Assembly: GCA_016748015.1 (NCBI GenBank)
Contig: JAAOMT010000085.1
Location: forward strand, 1-64,000
DNA from: Geosiphon pyriformis uo1
Lineage: Eukaryota > Fungi > Glomeromycota
Direction of reading: 5' to 3'
Length of the DNA stretch: 64,000 bases
Of the stretch, positions 27,950 through 40,180 are shown piece by piece; position 1 is the stretch's first letter, and each line of letters starts with the position of its first letter. The notes under the pieces were generated by a model. The model was not told the origin of the DNA and made no database searches. It saw only the letters and a list, made by a program, of their open reading frames with translations. Position numbers and translations under genes: made by a program.

Positions 27950-29221
27950 AAATTCACTCTAATAACTCAAAATCCAGGATTAATAATAAATTTAGGTGAT
28001 CTGAAAATTAATATATAAATCTTGAATAAATTAAAATACTATATGAAAATTATTATTAAATAATAATATACAATAAATGATCAAAACTAATATTTTTGAA
28101 TTAATTAATTTTTCTTTTTTTTTTAGTTATTTAAAAATTATAAGGACAAAATTAATCCCATAATGGATTAAAATTGAAAATGCTATGCTACTATTTGGAA
28201 CTGGAGTTTTATGGTTTCTAAAAATATTTTTATCACTTTTCATAAATTTCTCTATATATTGGATTTCTATTTTTCTAATTTATAAAAGTTCAAATTCTGA
28301 CACGTTTTCAGCAAAAAATAATGAAATTTTATTAAAATTTCATGGGACAGAAATGAATATCAAAGAGAGTAGAATAAAAAACCAAACAAAATGATAATTT
28401 TCCGAACGTTTTAAATGTCAAAATTGATAAAAATTTTATAAGATATTTTCACAATCTAAGAATGATATTTTAATTCATATAAATGAGAATATGAAAATAA
28501 AAAATTATGGTAGAATCATTGCTGTTGGTCATTGTTTGGGTGGTGGTAAGTGGTAAAAAAAAAATATATCGATTAAAAAATCACAAAATTTTCTAATTTA
28601 AATTATTATTAATTTCCCCTAACCTACATAGATTAAGTGACTTTAACCGTTTTGAAACTCTTGAAATTACGAAAATATTTGAACTTTTCGTTGTAACTTT
28701 CGATTAACCATCATATAAGCAATCGAGAGTTCGCTAAATATATGAGCTCAATGTATAAAATGTAACCATGATACGTGTCACAATTATACCAGACACGAAT
28801 GACATGTAATGCAATGCTACGGGCACATCAACCGGTCGAGTTCTGGTTGGATTGTGAATGCGATAGTTGTCAAACGCAAACAATTTAACATGCCTATTGA
28901 TGTCACAGGGAAAAATCACTCGATCTAGATCATGATTCTGAACTCTTGTTTGTATGGAAAATTACGGGTTTAAATTTATTTAACTTTTTGCAGGAATGCA
29001 ATAAATTATATTTTTTTCCGGAATCAAGGGCTCATAATGACCCATATTTTGGTGTCCTAATGGGAAAATGTTTAGATTCTAATCTATCTTGGGAAGTTGA
29101 GATATGGAATGATAAGAATTTGACTCACCCATTATTATCAAAAAAGTATTATTTAAATTGCATAAAGATTTTTAAAATGGGTCACTATTTCTTTAAAAAT
29201 TTTTCAGTAAAAGTTAAATAA
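27950..29221 (+). pseudogene. Class-3 lipase-like pseudogene (inverted orientation)
   Basis: IIAVGHCLGG followed by a gtaag donor (28527-28550); FVVTFD*P...SNREFAK; HQPVEFWLDCEC; ECNK...AHNDPYFGVLMGKC. Contains stops and frameshifts. The 5' limit is approximate. Confidence 0.8.
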
Positions 29222-30006
29222 AAAAAATTTAATTTAAAGCTGAAATAGTTGAATCTTGAAAATTTTTTCAATATAAAAAAATATCTGTGAAGAAAATATA
29301 TCCAAAAATGAAAACTACTTGGATGAACTTCAATATTTTTTTCTAATAACTATAAAATTTTTGATTCAAGATTTAAAATTGGCAACTTAATAATAAGCTT
29401 TAAACTTTTTATTAATGAAAAAGACAACTCTGAAAAAAAATTTAAAGTTTATTAAAAAAAAAAAAGATTTTATTAGTGATTAATAATAATAATAATAATA
29501 AATTTATAATAATAAATTCATAATTTATTATTAAAGAAAATGCTTCAAATTTATTGGTTTAACAAATTAAATATCATTAACCAAAACATATTTTTCAAAT
29601 TTAAAATTTAAAGAATTTTATTTTAAAAAATGTGTTTATTTTTAACACAAATTGAAAGATTATAAAAAGCATTGAATATCAAGGCTAATTTACATAACCT
29701 CAAAAAACTTCAAAATATGAGAATCATTTTTAAAGTATAACTTAATCAAAAAGAAATAATCTTTATAAAACTTTATTGAAAAAAATTATCTTTTTATGGC
29801 TTTGAACTCGAGACTTTTTTCCTAATTATTTACTTTTTTCATAACAATCGTGAAGATGTTACACTAAAAAATTTCTTCATGTATGCCTGTGTGTTCCTGA
29901 GCTTGAGCTTGATTATCCAATAGATCAATTAAAGTTACTTGTTAATAATAAATCCAAATAAGAAATGGGAAAATTAATGAAACAAATTTTGCAAAAAAAG
30001 ACCTCT

Positions 30007-31058
30007 TCATGATGCTGAAATTCTCTTGAGAGATCGACATTTTCCAAACATGGTTGTAAACCAAGGCCCATCGTGAGCCGTGTCACTCGAACCATCAGTA
30101 CCAAGGTTACATTCCTATAAATAAATTCAAAAAGTAATGTTATAATGTGACCCTCAAACTAATGAGCTTTTATTAAAGTAACAAAAGCTGATACCTCACT
30201 TTCACCAAAATTATTTTTAGAATTTTGGAAAAACCCTGGACATTTGAAAAGCTGGTATCCATCTGAGGTGAATACATTAGAATTTCCCGCACTAGGTGTA
30301 TCTACACAATCACAGTTATAGGTTATCCAGTACTCGGTTCCAACATGCATATATGAGGTTTTTCCATAAGGACGTTGAGAAACATGATCATTCTCATTTG
30401 TGATTCGAAAGAAATTTATCTTGCTTTCGTTTGATATGTCTTTGTTAAATCTCTTTGCAAATGAAGAATCTGACCATCGCGGTTGACCAAATGTAATTAT
30501 TGTGAGAAAATTTATCGTTTTTAGGTGTTCACGCACATATGCAGCCATGGTATGAGCATATACTTTAAAAGTTTTTTGATTTTGTCATTTTTTTGTGAAA
30601 ACTTGAAATTTTCTTGTTAAAAATTTGCCTGAAAGTCTCAATTACCTCCACCAATTCCATGTCCTGTAAGATAAATACGAAATTCTCCTTCTCCACGTTG
30701 TTTCCATTTTGATTTTCGCATTAATTCAGCCAATCTTAGTACAAATTTATTAAACATCTTGTCGCAACTCTTTTTCCAACCAACATCCATGGCGAAAGAA
30801 ATACCCATTCCGTGATGACAATCAAACTTTCTTGAATTCCATTGTTCTCGGCTTAATTTTGGTCCTGAACAAAAAATATCTTTAATAACCAAATTTATGA
30901 AATTAAAAATTCAAACATGAAATCATCAATTAATTTTAAACAGTAACCTCCAAAATAAACGACAACCGCCTCTTTATCCTGAATAAGAGCCTTCTTTGCA
31001 TGAGCTTGAGATTAATTAAAGAAAAATAAAATAAAATTTATCCTATTATTATTATTAC

Positions 31059-31139
<81 letters not shown>

Positions 31140-31537
31140 GAACCTTTTACACCTTCTACATCTTCTCCAATCGAGTTGGCAGAAGTGCAATAAGGCTTAT
31201 TAGCCCATTTGGCCATTTCGGAAAGCAAATCTAAGGTAGTTTGATTTGTTACTAATTCCTTGGGTGGGCTATTTTTTTGAAAACCCATCCCAGATTTAGT
31301 AGCCGCCATAAGTTGACGTCTGGAATTTTCATTTATAACTATTGGAAAATTCGAAGGCAATTCTATTTTATTTATTTTAGGGTAAAGTGGGATGAACTCG
31401 AAATCGTTATTGCTTTTTTCGTTTTTTTTTGATAAAATATTTTGTAAAATAAAAGGTTCATTGAATACATCTAAAACCACCAGTAATAAAAGCAAAGAAA
31501 AGTATTTTATATTTGAAATTTGGAAATAAATGGCCAT
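30007..31537 (-). CDS. Class-3 lipase-like protein 3, Ser replaced by Gly; signal peptide; 5 exons
   Basis: WANKPYC, VVVYFGGP, YLTGHGIGG (Gly codon 30656-30658), IITFGQPRW, NENDHVSQRP, YMHVGTEYWI, ECNLGT...AHDGPWF, stop TGA at 30007. Confidence 0.87.
31044..31138. repeat. (TTA)n microsatellite in intron 1 of lipase-like 3
   Basis: About 30 units, read directly. Confidence 0.95.
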
Positions 31538-34035
31538 TAATTTTCCAGTTTTTTTGCTTTCTAAAGTGATATTAAGGGAAAAAGAGGTTTTGAAATATGA
31601 TAGCTTTTATTTTATTTCTATAAAAAACGGGATACGTGGTATTTACCTTTTTTGCTTTCTAAAATATTTCCATACAAACAAATACTCATTTTTTCAAAAA
31701 AATGTAAACGGAAATCTTAATTTGGAAGCTATTATAAAAGTTTCGGAGAATGGTTTTTATATATATTTACGAGAACTTTTCGATCGAAATCCCAACTAAA
31801 AATCTTTTCATATAAAAAGAGAAGGCTACAAGAAAAAAGTACTTTTATTAATTTCTTTCTATTGAGTGGATTCTGAATTGAGATTGAGAAACAACTAAAT
31901 TACAAAGTCATTTTTTGAACATACCAAAATTTTTGTCTTTTAATACTTTTGGTATAATGAGTGACGGAAATGATTATATATATATTAAACAAAATTCATT
32001 TTTTTAAAAATGATTAAATTTTACATTTTGAAAAAAGAAAGTTTTATTAAAAAAATCAAAAGTTAAGTGAAATGAAAAATGATATATTAAAGAATTGAAT
32101 TCCCAGAATAATTTTTTCATCATTGTAACATCTTAAATGAAAATTCCTAAACAATAATTAATTTTTGGAAAAACTGTATAAATATAGATTTTTTAAAGCC
32201 TGATGCAATCATGTGAATTTGTGATCTCGCATATTATGTTATTTTCAATATCTCAACAAGAATTTGATAATGAATGGTGGGTATTTAGTAAAAAATGTTT
32301 AGATCAAGTTTAATCACAGAAATCAGGTTAATGATTACTTTTGTAACAGTTTACTTGATTTTTCCCAAACAATCAATTTATGCTTTGTTAAGATTAAAAT
32401 TTTCAATTTGTAAAAAAACAGAAAATACAAGTTGAAAAATTGAATCATACACATACTTTGGAAAAACATGAAAAACATAACCATGTTCAAGCAAAAAGCT
32501 TTTAAAACCTATTATTTACCAGTAATTTTTAATACAATCAAAAAATACATGGTTTTTAAAATAGTTAAGAAAAATAAAAGTCACAAATGTGAATATAAAA
32601 TTTGCAAATACCTTGATACTTATTTTTTGGCAACTTTAAGCTTGAGTTAGATATCCCGAAAAAATGTTTCTTATTTAGAAAAGCAAAGCTATCAAATCAA
32701 ACATTATATATAGCATTATTTTTGTGCATTTTAAACAACTTGAACATTATAGATGGTTAACTTTTATTTATTCCAAAAAGAAAAACTAATAAATACAATT
32801 ATCATTTATTCATTTTGAATATTTGTAATAGTTATGAATATTGAGATATTGAAATATATTTTTTTGTAAAATGGCTTTTTCAGATTTTCATGATAAACAA
32901 GAGTATGATATTATTTTTATATTGTCAATATCATGTGAACTTGTATGAATAAAATTTATTATGTAGAATTTGAGAAAAGAAGGATTAATTGTGAAAAAAA
33001 ATATTTAATAAGCAATTAATGAATTTTCAGAATCTATTATTCAAGTTGATGGAAGAATTTGTGGTACCTGCAAGAGAATTATAGAGCGAAATAAAGCAAA
33101 GCAAAAAGATGTATTTATTAGAGAGTTAAAGGGCTTAATTAGAACTCATTTTAAATAATAAATGTTGACTTTAATGATACAATTTTTCACAAAAGAAACT
33201 GAACACAAAAAAAAAAGGTGAAATTCGAAAGTAATAAAAAATAATTGTAGCCAATTTTGGGAAACAATATTTAAAAAAGAGCTTTCCTTAGAAGCTGCTA
33301 AAAAAACTCATTTACATATTACCAAACTAAGACTAAATATTTGTATTTCCACTTCTTACTTCTATCACATTCGTAAGACTTTTTTTTTTGGCATCGAATT
33401 GATTAATCTTTCACAAAAATTGATTAACTTTGAAGAAAAAAATAAATAATCAATTTCATTTTCGCGAAACCGATTTTTCGCTTTTTTGGAAATGCGTTTT
33501 GCATTATTATCTTCCCAGAAAAGAATTTTTTTCTTATGCATTATTATTTACAAAGCAAACCTAATAAATTTTTATTTAATTCCATCAGTAGTCAAATTTT
33601 GGTATTTTTTGTCCAAGTGAGTCGGCATTTTTTGTGTCTAAGTGTAAACCATGATTTTTGGCGTATACGTCGTATGCTTTCCACTGATAAATAGAATCTT
33701 TAAGTCAGTTTGAAGTTGGTGTTTAACTTTAACAGCCGTTCATTTGTTCGCTAACTGATCTGGTCATAATCAATAAAAAAAATTATTATATTTTCTTTAA
33801 ATAATAGATAATATTTATAATTTTAAAAAATTTATTTTTTTTATTTTTGACCATGTATACTTTCTCAATAATAATATATTCGAATTTCGCAACTATATAT
33901 GACTATAATTCAATCCCCATAAATAGAAATTTTCTGGACAACATTAGAAATGAATATTATGTATCATAAGACAAACCTAAAAAGTCTTTTTTCTCTCGAT
34001 TATAGAAATATTTAATTTACCAAAAAAATTTTTGG

Positions 34036-34320
34036 CTAATCAAAAACCTTCAATTGTTTGCATTGATTAACCGTTTCATAATAATACTCTATATCATACT
34101 TGCTAAACAATAACACTAAAAAAACCTTAAATGATTTTATGCCAACGTGTCTTTCAGGACATATATGAAGACGAAATTGGGTATACGAATACTTGGCGAG
34201 ATTTTTTGTCTCAAATTTACTAAAGATAGTAAATCGTTATAGAATAAATTTCTCAGGGTCTTTCCAGTATGGTGTGTTTAGATATATTCCATGATTCCGT
34301 GCAAAAGTATTGTCCCCAGG
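34036..34320 (-). pseudogene. Cytochrome P450 C-terminal remnant
   Basis: The minus frame reads HGIYLNTPYWKDPEKFIL*RF...KYSYTQFRLHICPERHVG...LLFSKYDIE. This is a degraded PERF motif plus the FxxGxRxCxG haem signature. Confidence 0.8.
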
Positions 34321-34920
34321 TTTGAATTTTAATGAAAAAATTAATAAATGTATTTAGAAAATGTATTGTTCTAAAAGTTCCCTTTAAAGGAATAAATGAA
34401 TATAATTTGTATATGGAAGATTTAAAAAGGTCTATGAAATATTTGAACTACTCTGAAAATAAACAAGCTGTAATTTTCAAAATTTAAAGTTTCTAATTAA
34501 ATTTCTTTAATAGATTAAAAGCCTCAAAAATATTCTGCAGGCACTTTGACTGTGCATAATACGCAGCTTTCATTCAAGATGCGAAATAGCTACAAAGGCT
34601 TTTGTAAAATTATAGAATAGCATAGTCATTTGAAAAAATAAGTAAAACATGTGCTTTTTGAATTAATTAAGCAATACATGTTAATATTTTAAAGATAAAT
34701 ATAAGATTCTATAAGAGAATCAAATCCTCTTATTTGATTCTTTAAATTCTTTCTTTTTTATTCGATTCAAAGCTTATTTCAAAAGTTTTTAACTAGAATT
34801 ATTGTATAATGTTTTATTAAATATTTGACACCTTCAAAAATTAACATTTTAACAAGTTATTCAGCTGGGGTGAACACGATAATAATAATAAATGTTCAAT
34901 TAAAAACTTTATTGAATACA

Positions 34921-36234
34921 TCAAAAATCCTCACAATTTCCAATAAATTTTTTAAAATAAGGTCCAAAATGTGCGCTGTTACTTAAACCATTAGTTCCAA
35001 GACTACATTCCTACCAAAATTAGTTCGATTAAAATTTAGGAAATATAAATTGTTCAAGAATCATGTTTTTATTCTCATCCCTACCAAGTTTTCTCCGTAG
35101 CGATTTTCATCTTGGGGAAAAAATCCCGGGCACTCATACATGATATATTTATCAATGGGACAATTGCAATCTTGTGCTGGCAACCAATACTCTTGTCCTG
35201 CGTGTAGATACCTTTCGCCAGTTGTAGATATTTTAGGATAATGTGGGGCAAAGTCATTAGAATTAGTAATTCGAATGACACTGAATGCCTCATTAACAGT
35301 CCGTCCAAACTGGGAATCTCCAACTCTAGGAGATCCGAATGTGTAAACGACCATTAGATAATTCTGATTGGCTAGATATTTGGCAAAGAAACTATAGAAC
35401 TGGAGACCAAAAATCTGAGCATAAACTAAATATGTGAAAATTTTTTTTAAGATTACATGATGGTAGAAAATTTTGAATCATGTATCCAAAAAAAACTTTC
35501 ACCAACCTCCTCCAACTCCATGACCAATTAAGTCAATAAGAATGGGAAGATTCGGAACCATTTGATTTCTTTTTTTTTTTATGAGCTCAATTGTAGTGAA
35601 TGTAAACTCTTCACGCATAGAGAGAGTCAAAATCTCCCACCATTTAGAGTCAACCTTCCAAATTTTCCCATCTGAAAGTTTGAAAACAGTTTGGCTCATC
35701 TGTTTTCTTGTGATTTCAGGCCCTAAAGTATTTTTGAAAATATGAAGGATGGATAAAAAGTAACTTTGGTTTTTTTTTCTTTACGCTTATCTTGCTTACC
35801 TCGAAAATAAGCGATAATACGGGATTCATCTTGGCTATATTCAACATTCGCTAAAAAAATTTTAGATAGATGTGTGCTTGAAAGGAATAAACTCATTATT
35901 TTTAATTTTTAATCTTTAATCTTTGAAACTGTACATTACCTATTATCCCTTTTTCATTGATTAAGAATTTTGAAGTATCAACACAATAAGGCTTGTTTGC
36001 ATAGTAAAAGGGGTAACTTGCCAAACGATTTATAAGATTTCGGTTTGTTATTAATTTCTTTAAGGGTGCTCTTTTCGTTAGCTCTTTAGATAAAAATATA
36101 TTTGAAGAATTTTGAAAGAGCTGTAAATTCTCTATTTCATCTTCTCTTTGAATTTGATTTTCCTTTTGTTCATTTTTTGAATTAAATATTTTTAAAAATA
36201 TGATAAAAAAATTCAACAAAAAAGATAATATCAT
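34921..36234 (-). CDS. Class-3 lipase-like protein 4, Ser replaced by Gly; 5 exons
   Basis: YYANKPYC, IIAYFRG|P, LIGHGVGG (Gly codon 35517-35519), YTFGSPRVGD, NSNDFAPHYP, YLHAGQEYW, ECSLGT...AHFGPYF, stop TGA at 34921. First in-frame ATG at 36234. Confidence 0.85.
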
Positions 36235-36869
36235 TGTCAATTTTTAAAACCCAAATTTTTTAAAGAATAAATTGAAATCGATGATCTTGTTTTCTCTTCA
36301 AATAAATTTTTACTTCGGAAATCATTTTTGAAATGTAATTCAAAATCCCTCATTAGTAAATGTAGTAAATATTTACGGATAAACTTTTTATCTGGATATA
36401 TTTTACGAGAATGATTGGTGGGATAAAACGAAGGGGGTTTTTTTTGTGAATGAGAATTGTCACAGCATGATTTTTAGTTGTTTAAAATTAATTTCATTAA
36501 GCACTAGGTAAAGCCATAATTTTATCGAATTCGAAATATTCGGGGGTAGACCTATAAATCTGATCCTTATCCTTTTAAACTAGTGAACCATCTTTCACTC
36601 AACAAGCAAGAAAAAAAAACAGAAAATAATAAAACTTAAAAACCTATTCTCTATTAATAGAATATTGGATCAGAAAGAAAATATGTTTCATTCAAAGTGC
36701 AAATTGGGATCGTGAAATTTGATTTTTTGATTCAAATTTATATTCAAATTCTTTAAATATTTGCTATCATATTTTATCTAAAGAAAATATAAGTTTTTTC
36801 AATAAAAAATAGGATACAGTTGATTCAAAGTTAAAAAGGATAAAAGATCTAGTTGTTTCTTTGTGCACA

Positions 36870-37540
36870 CCTAGAAAAATTAAATTAAGAATGTATAAAA
36901 CCACAATGCATTTTACAAGACTTTTTTCTATAAGATTCCAACTTAAAAATACATTAACCATTGTTCTTATTATCACTTTTTTATTTCAATCTAATTGCTT
37001 TTTTTACAAAATCAAAAACCCAAAGATTATATATCTATTTTATGGAAATTAAGATCTTTATTAAAACCAAAAAACTAAAGCATTCATTCTATTTCTAAAT
37101 ATAACCTGTGTTCAAATCTTCAACCATTGTAAGGTGGCAAACTTACTCAAAATGGTGGGAAATCTTAACACCTCCCTGTTCGTAAAGAGAAAATGAATTG
37201 AAAAAGGCTCGAATAAGACTGCTTTTATTGAATTGATTGGTCATGGAGTTTGTGGGATTGGTTGAATTTTGATTAGAAAGTGAAGGTGTAGAGTACTGGA
37301 TTAGTTCACAAAATTATGATTGATCAAGTGAATATGATTTTTATCAATGTTCAAGAGCTTTTTTGAAAGATCCAAATGATCACAAAAAAAGTGGGGTTAC
37401 TAAGTGACAATAAAAATTTATGTGTTTTATATTTTACTCAAACTAATTTCAGTAGAAATGTAATCTTGGGACAAATAGTAGAAGTGATATCACTAATCTA
37501 GGTCCTTTAGAACAACTTTAAACATTGTGAGAATTATGTA
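36870..37540 (+). pseudogene. Internally deleted class-3 lipase-like pseudogene (inverted), closest to paralogs 1 and 4
   Basis: SKWWEILT (also in paralog 4), IELIGHGVCG (37230-37256), GVEYWI, FYQC, KCNLGTN...LGP. Contains stops and deletions. Confidence 0.78.
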
Positions 37541-40180
37541 TATTTTAAAAAGTTTCCCAAAACTATTTTTCAATTTTTATATTAACAGAGAATGAAAATG
37601 GCTGAAGCCTTTTTTTAAATCCAGTGTTAAATAAAAATCTATTTTTTCCATTTGCAAAATTTTAATATTTTCTGTATACATTTGTAAATTCCCAAGTAGC
37701 AAACAAAATATCTATAATAATTCAATTCATATTTCTTTATCTATTTTCTGGTCTGGTAATATCAAATACACAAACTAATAATATTTCATTATAAAAATTG
37801 CCATGAAAATAATAAATAAATTTAAACATAAAAATAATTCAATTGATTTGTATTTTTTAAATCCATTATAATCTTTAAAAAAATTTAAAAAAAAATTTTT
37901 AAAATTATTACTAATTTTAAAAATAAACCACTTTTTATCAAAAACAGAATTTTAAACTTAACAATCTTTTGTCTTTTTAAAATGGAAAATTTCATTTTTA
38001 AAAAAAATCAACAAACAATTTGTTCAATATCACTGGATTCTATTTTATTCCAAATGAAAGACATGCAAATGCTTAGATCAATAAAAGTGTTATGGATAGA
38101 GCTCTTTGTTTGGTTGCCCAAACTTATCTTTGCGTTTCATAGACCAAAGAAGACATTCATTTGTTTGTCGAGAATATGTAATTTTGTTTTCAGATGTAAC
38201 CTCGCGCGGGTAGGGCTGCGTATTGTTTTTGCACCTATTTTTAAAGTGGAAAACGTTCATTCTTATCATGAATATGTAAAAGAGAAGGTCAAAAACAAAG
38301 CTCCAATGATGGTTAATATGGGTAAACATAACTTTTGAGATTATTTCATCACTTTCCCGTTGCGAAAGGGACCCAAGTCCACGGTCGTTTCAAGTTGACA
38401 CCTGTCAAATATCGGCGAAAATTTTGTGGATCAGAAATCAAGAAAAGAAGAGCCGATTTTTCACCCGAGATACTCTTTTTGCTTGGCGTTAAGGCTGGGT
38501 TCCATTTTAACAAGTTAGCTGGGAAAAAAGAGAAAAACTGTGCAGATAAACAAACAGGAGAATTTCTATGTCATGTTACTTTCTTTTTAGGTATCCTAAA
38601 AGGATAAATAATATACCTACAATAGATTCTTCTAATTGTTCTATATTTAATGGCTAATTTTGCATAACAATCAATTAAGATCAGGAAATACGTCGATCAT
38701 GAATTTCTTTGCTCTTTACCTTGAAAGTAATCAATTGGATCTTTTAGAGGCAAATGTTGCTCTTCTAAGAATGTTTTTAAGGAATTTCTCCAATCCCATC
38801 TCCTATTTTATTATTACATAATTAAAAGAGATTTTAATAAAAATTATCATTGTCATTATGTTTATTCTTGTTCTTATTATTACTATTATCATTATTCTTA
38901 TTCTTATTCTTAGTATCAATTTGTAAATTAAAAACTTAACAAAAAACTAATAATTAAATATAGACTTAAACATTCCAAAAATTGATGAATTTTGATATAT
39001 ACATAACATTTTTCCAATATCTACATTTAATCGTAAATGTTAAAATAATTGAGCTAAAGATATTTTTTTATTTCTAATTTCTTCTTAGAATTGAATTTTA
39101 TATAAACAATCTATCCAAAATGAGAAAAACAAAAGACGAAAAAAAATGAGAATTTAAATTTATTTTGGTTCAATTCATTTGATTATTTTATTATTTGTTT
39201 TCTTATTTTTGAAGTCAAAACCCCATTCTGATTAAAAATTTATTCACCGAAGCATTTAGCAGAAAATAATTATTTATTGATCATATCATATCATCTCATA
39301 TCAAGATTTAAATGAAAAATAGGCGGAGATTTCATGTTTAAAAATTTATTTGTTTTGTTATCTAAAAATAAATTCATCTTTTTGGCAAAGAAAATAAAAA
39401 CAATCTAAAAAACCATTTTAGTCATATTTTTTTTGGAAATTTATAATTATTGTTTTTGATTACTTATTTTTTAATTCAGGTTCTAAGATTTCTTTTTAAT
39501 TATACTTAACATGGAAATACACCCATTTTTCTAGCATTGTTTTTTCTTTAAATTATGTTTTTGACTGACCAAAAACAAAATTGTCCTTCGATCATATCTT
39601 AATTCACTAAATAAATTAAATATGTCTATAAACAAACCAATATAGATAGAAAAATCTTTTTAAAAAATTTAACCGAATTTGATGAATAAAGAGTCTTAAA
39701 AACTTTTCATATATGGTTAAATTATAAACATATAAGCAGTTTAATAATTCCTCTCAAAAGGTAAGTGCAGATTATTTTTGGTAAAATATAATAATATTAT
39801 AATAATAATCATTATTGAAAGGACGGCAATCTTACTAATTTAGAAATACTTAACGAAAATGTTGATTCCGAAAATGTATTTTGATCATTCCCTTTCATGA
39901 ATACATAGAGAATTTACTCTAAAACTAAAAACGAAATTCAGGACACCGTGCCGCATTGAACCAGGTTAGTATAAACGTTTGTATATTCTTCGGGCAGCAA
40001 AAATATGTATATAAAGATAAAAATTTTGAGATTCAATTTATTGTTACATCCAGCAATTTTTAAAATGACCTTTAATAATTAAAACAAAGTATTTTTTTCA
40101 CAAAAAGTATTTTTCCCTTGACTTCTGTCTCCAAGTTACTCATCGCAATTACTCTTAATTCTATCGACCAAAAAATAAAA

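Noticed and set aside
37982-38607. ORFs at 37982-38607 and a Harbinger-like terminus (taaGGCTGGGTTCCATT, ~38490)
   Set aside because: No recognisable domain, and I found no matching inverted terminus or TSD in the window.
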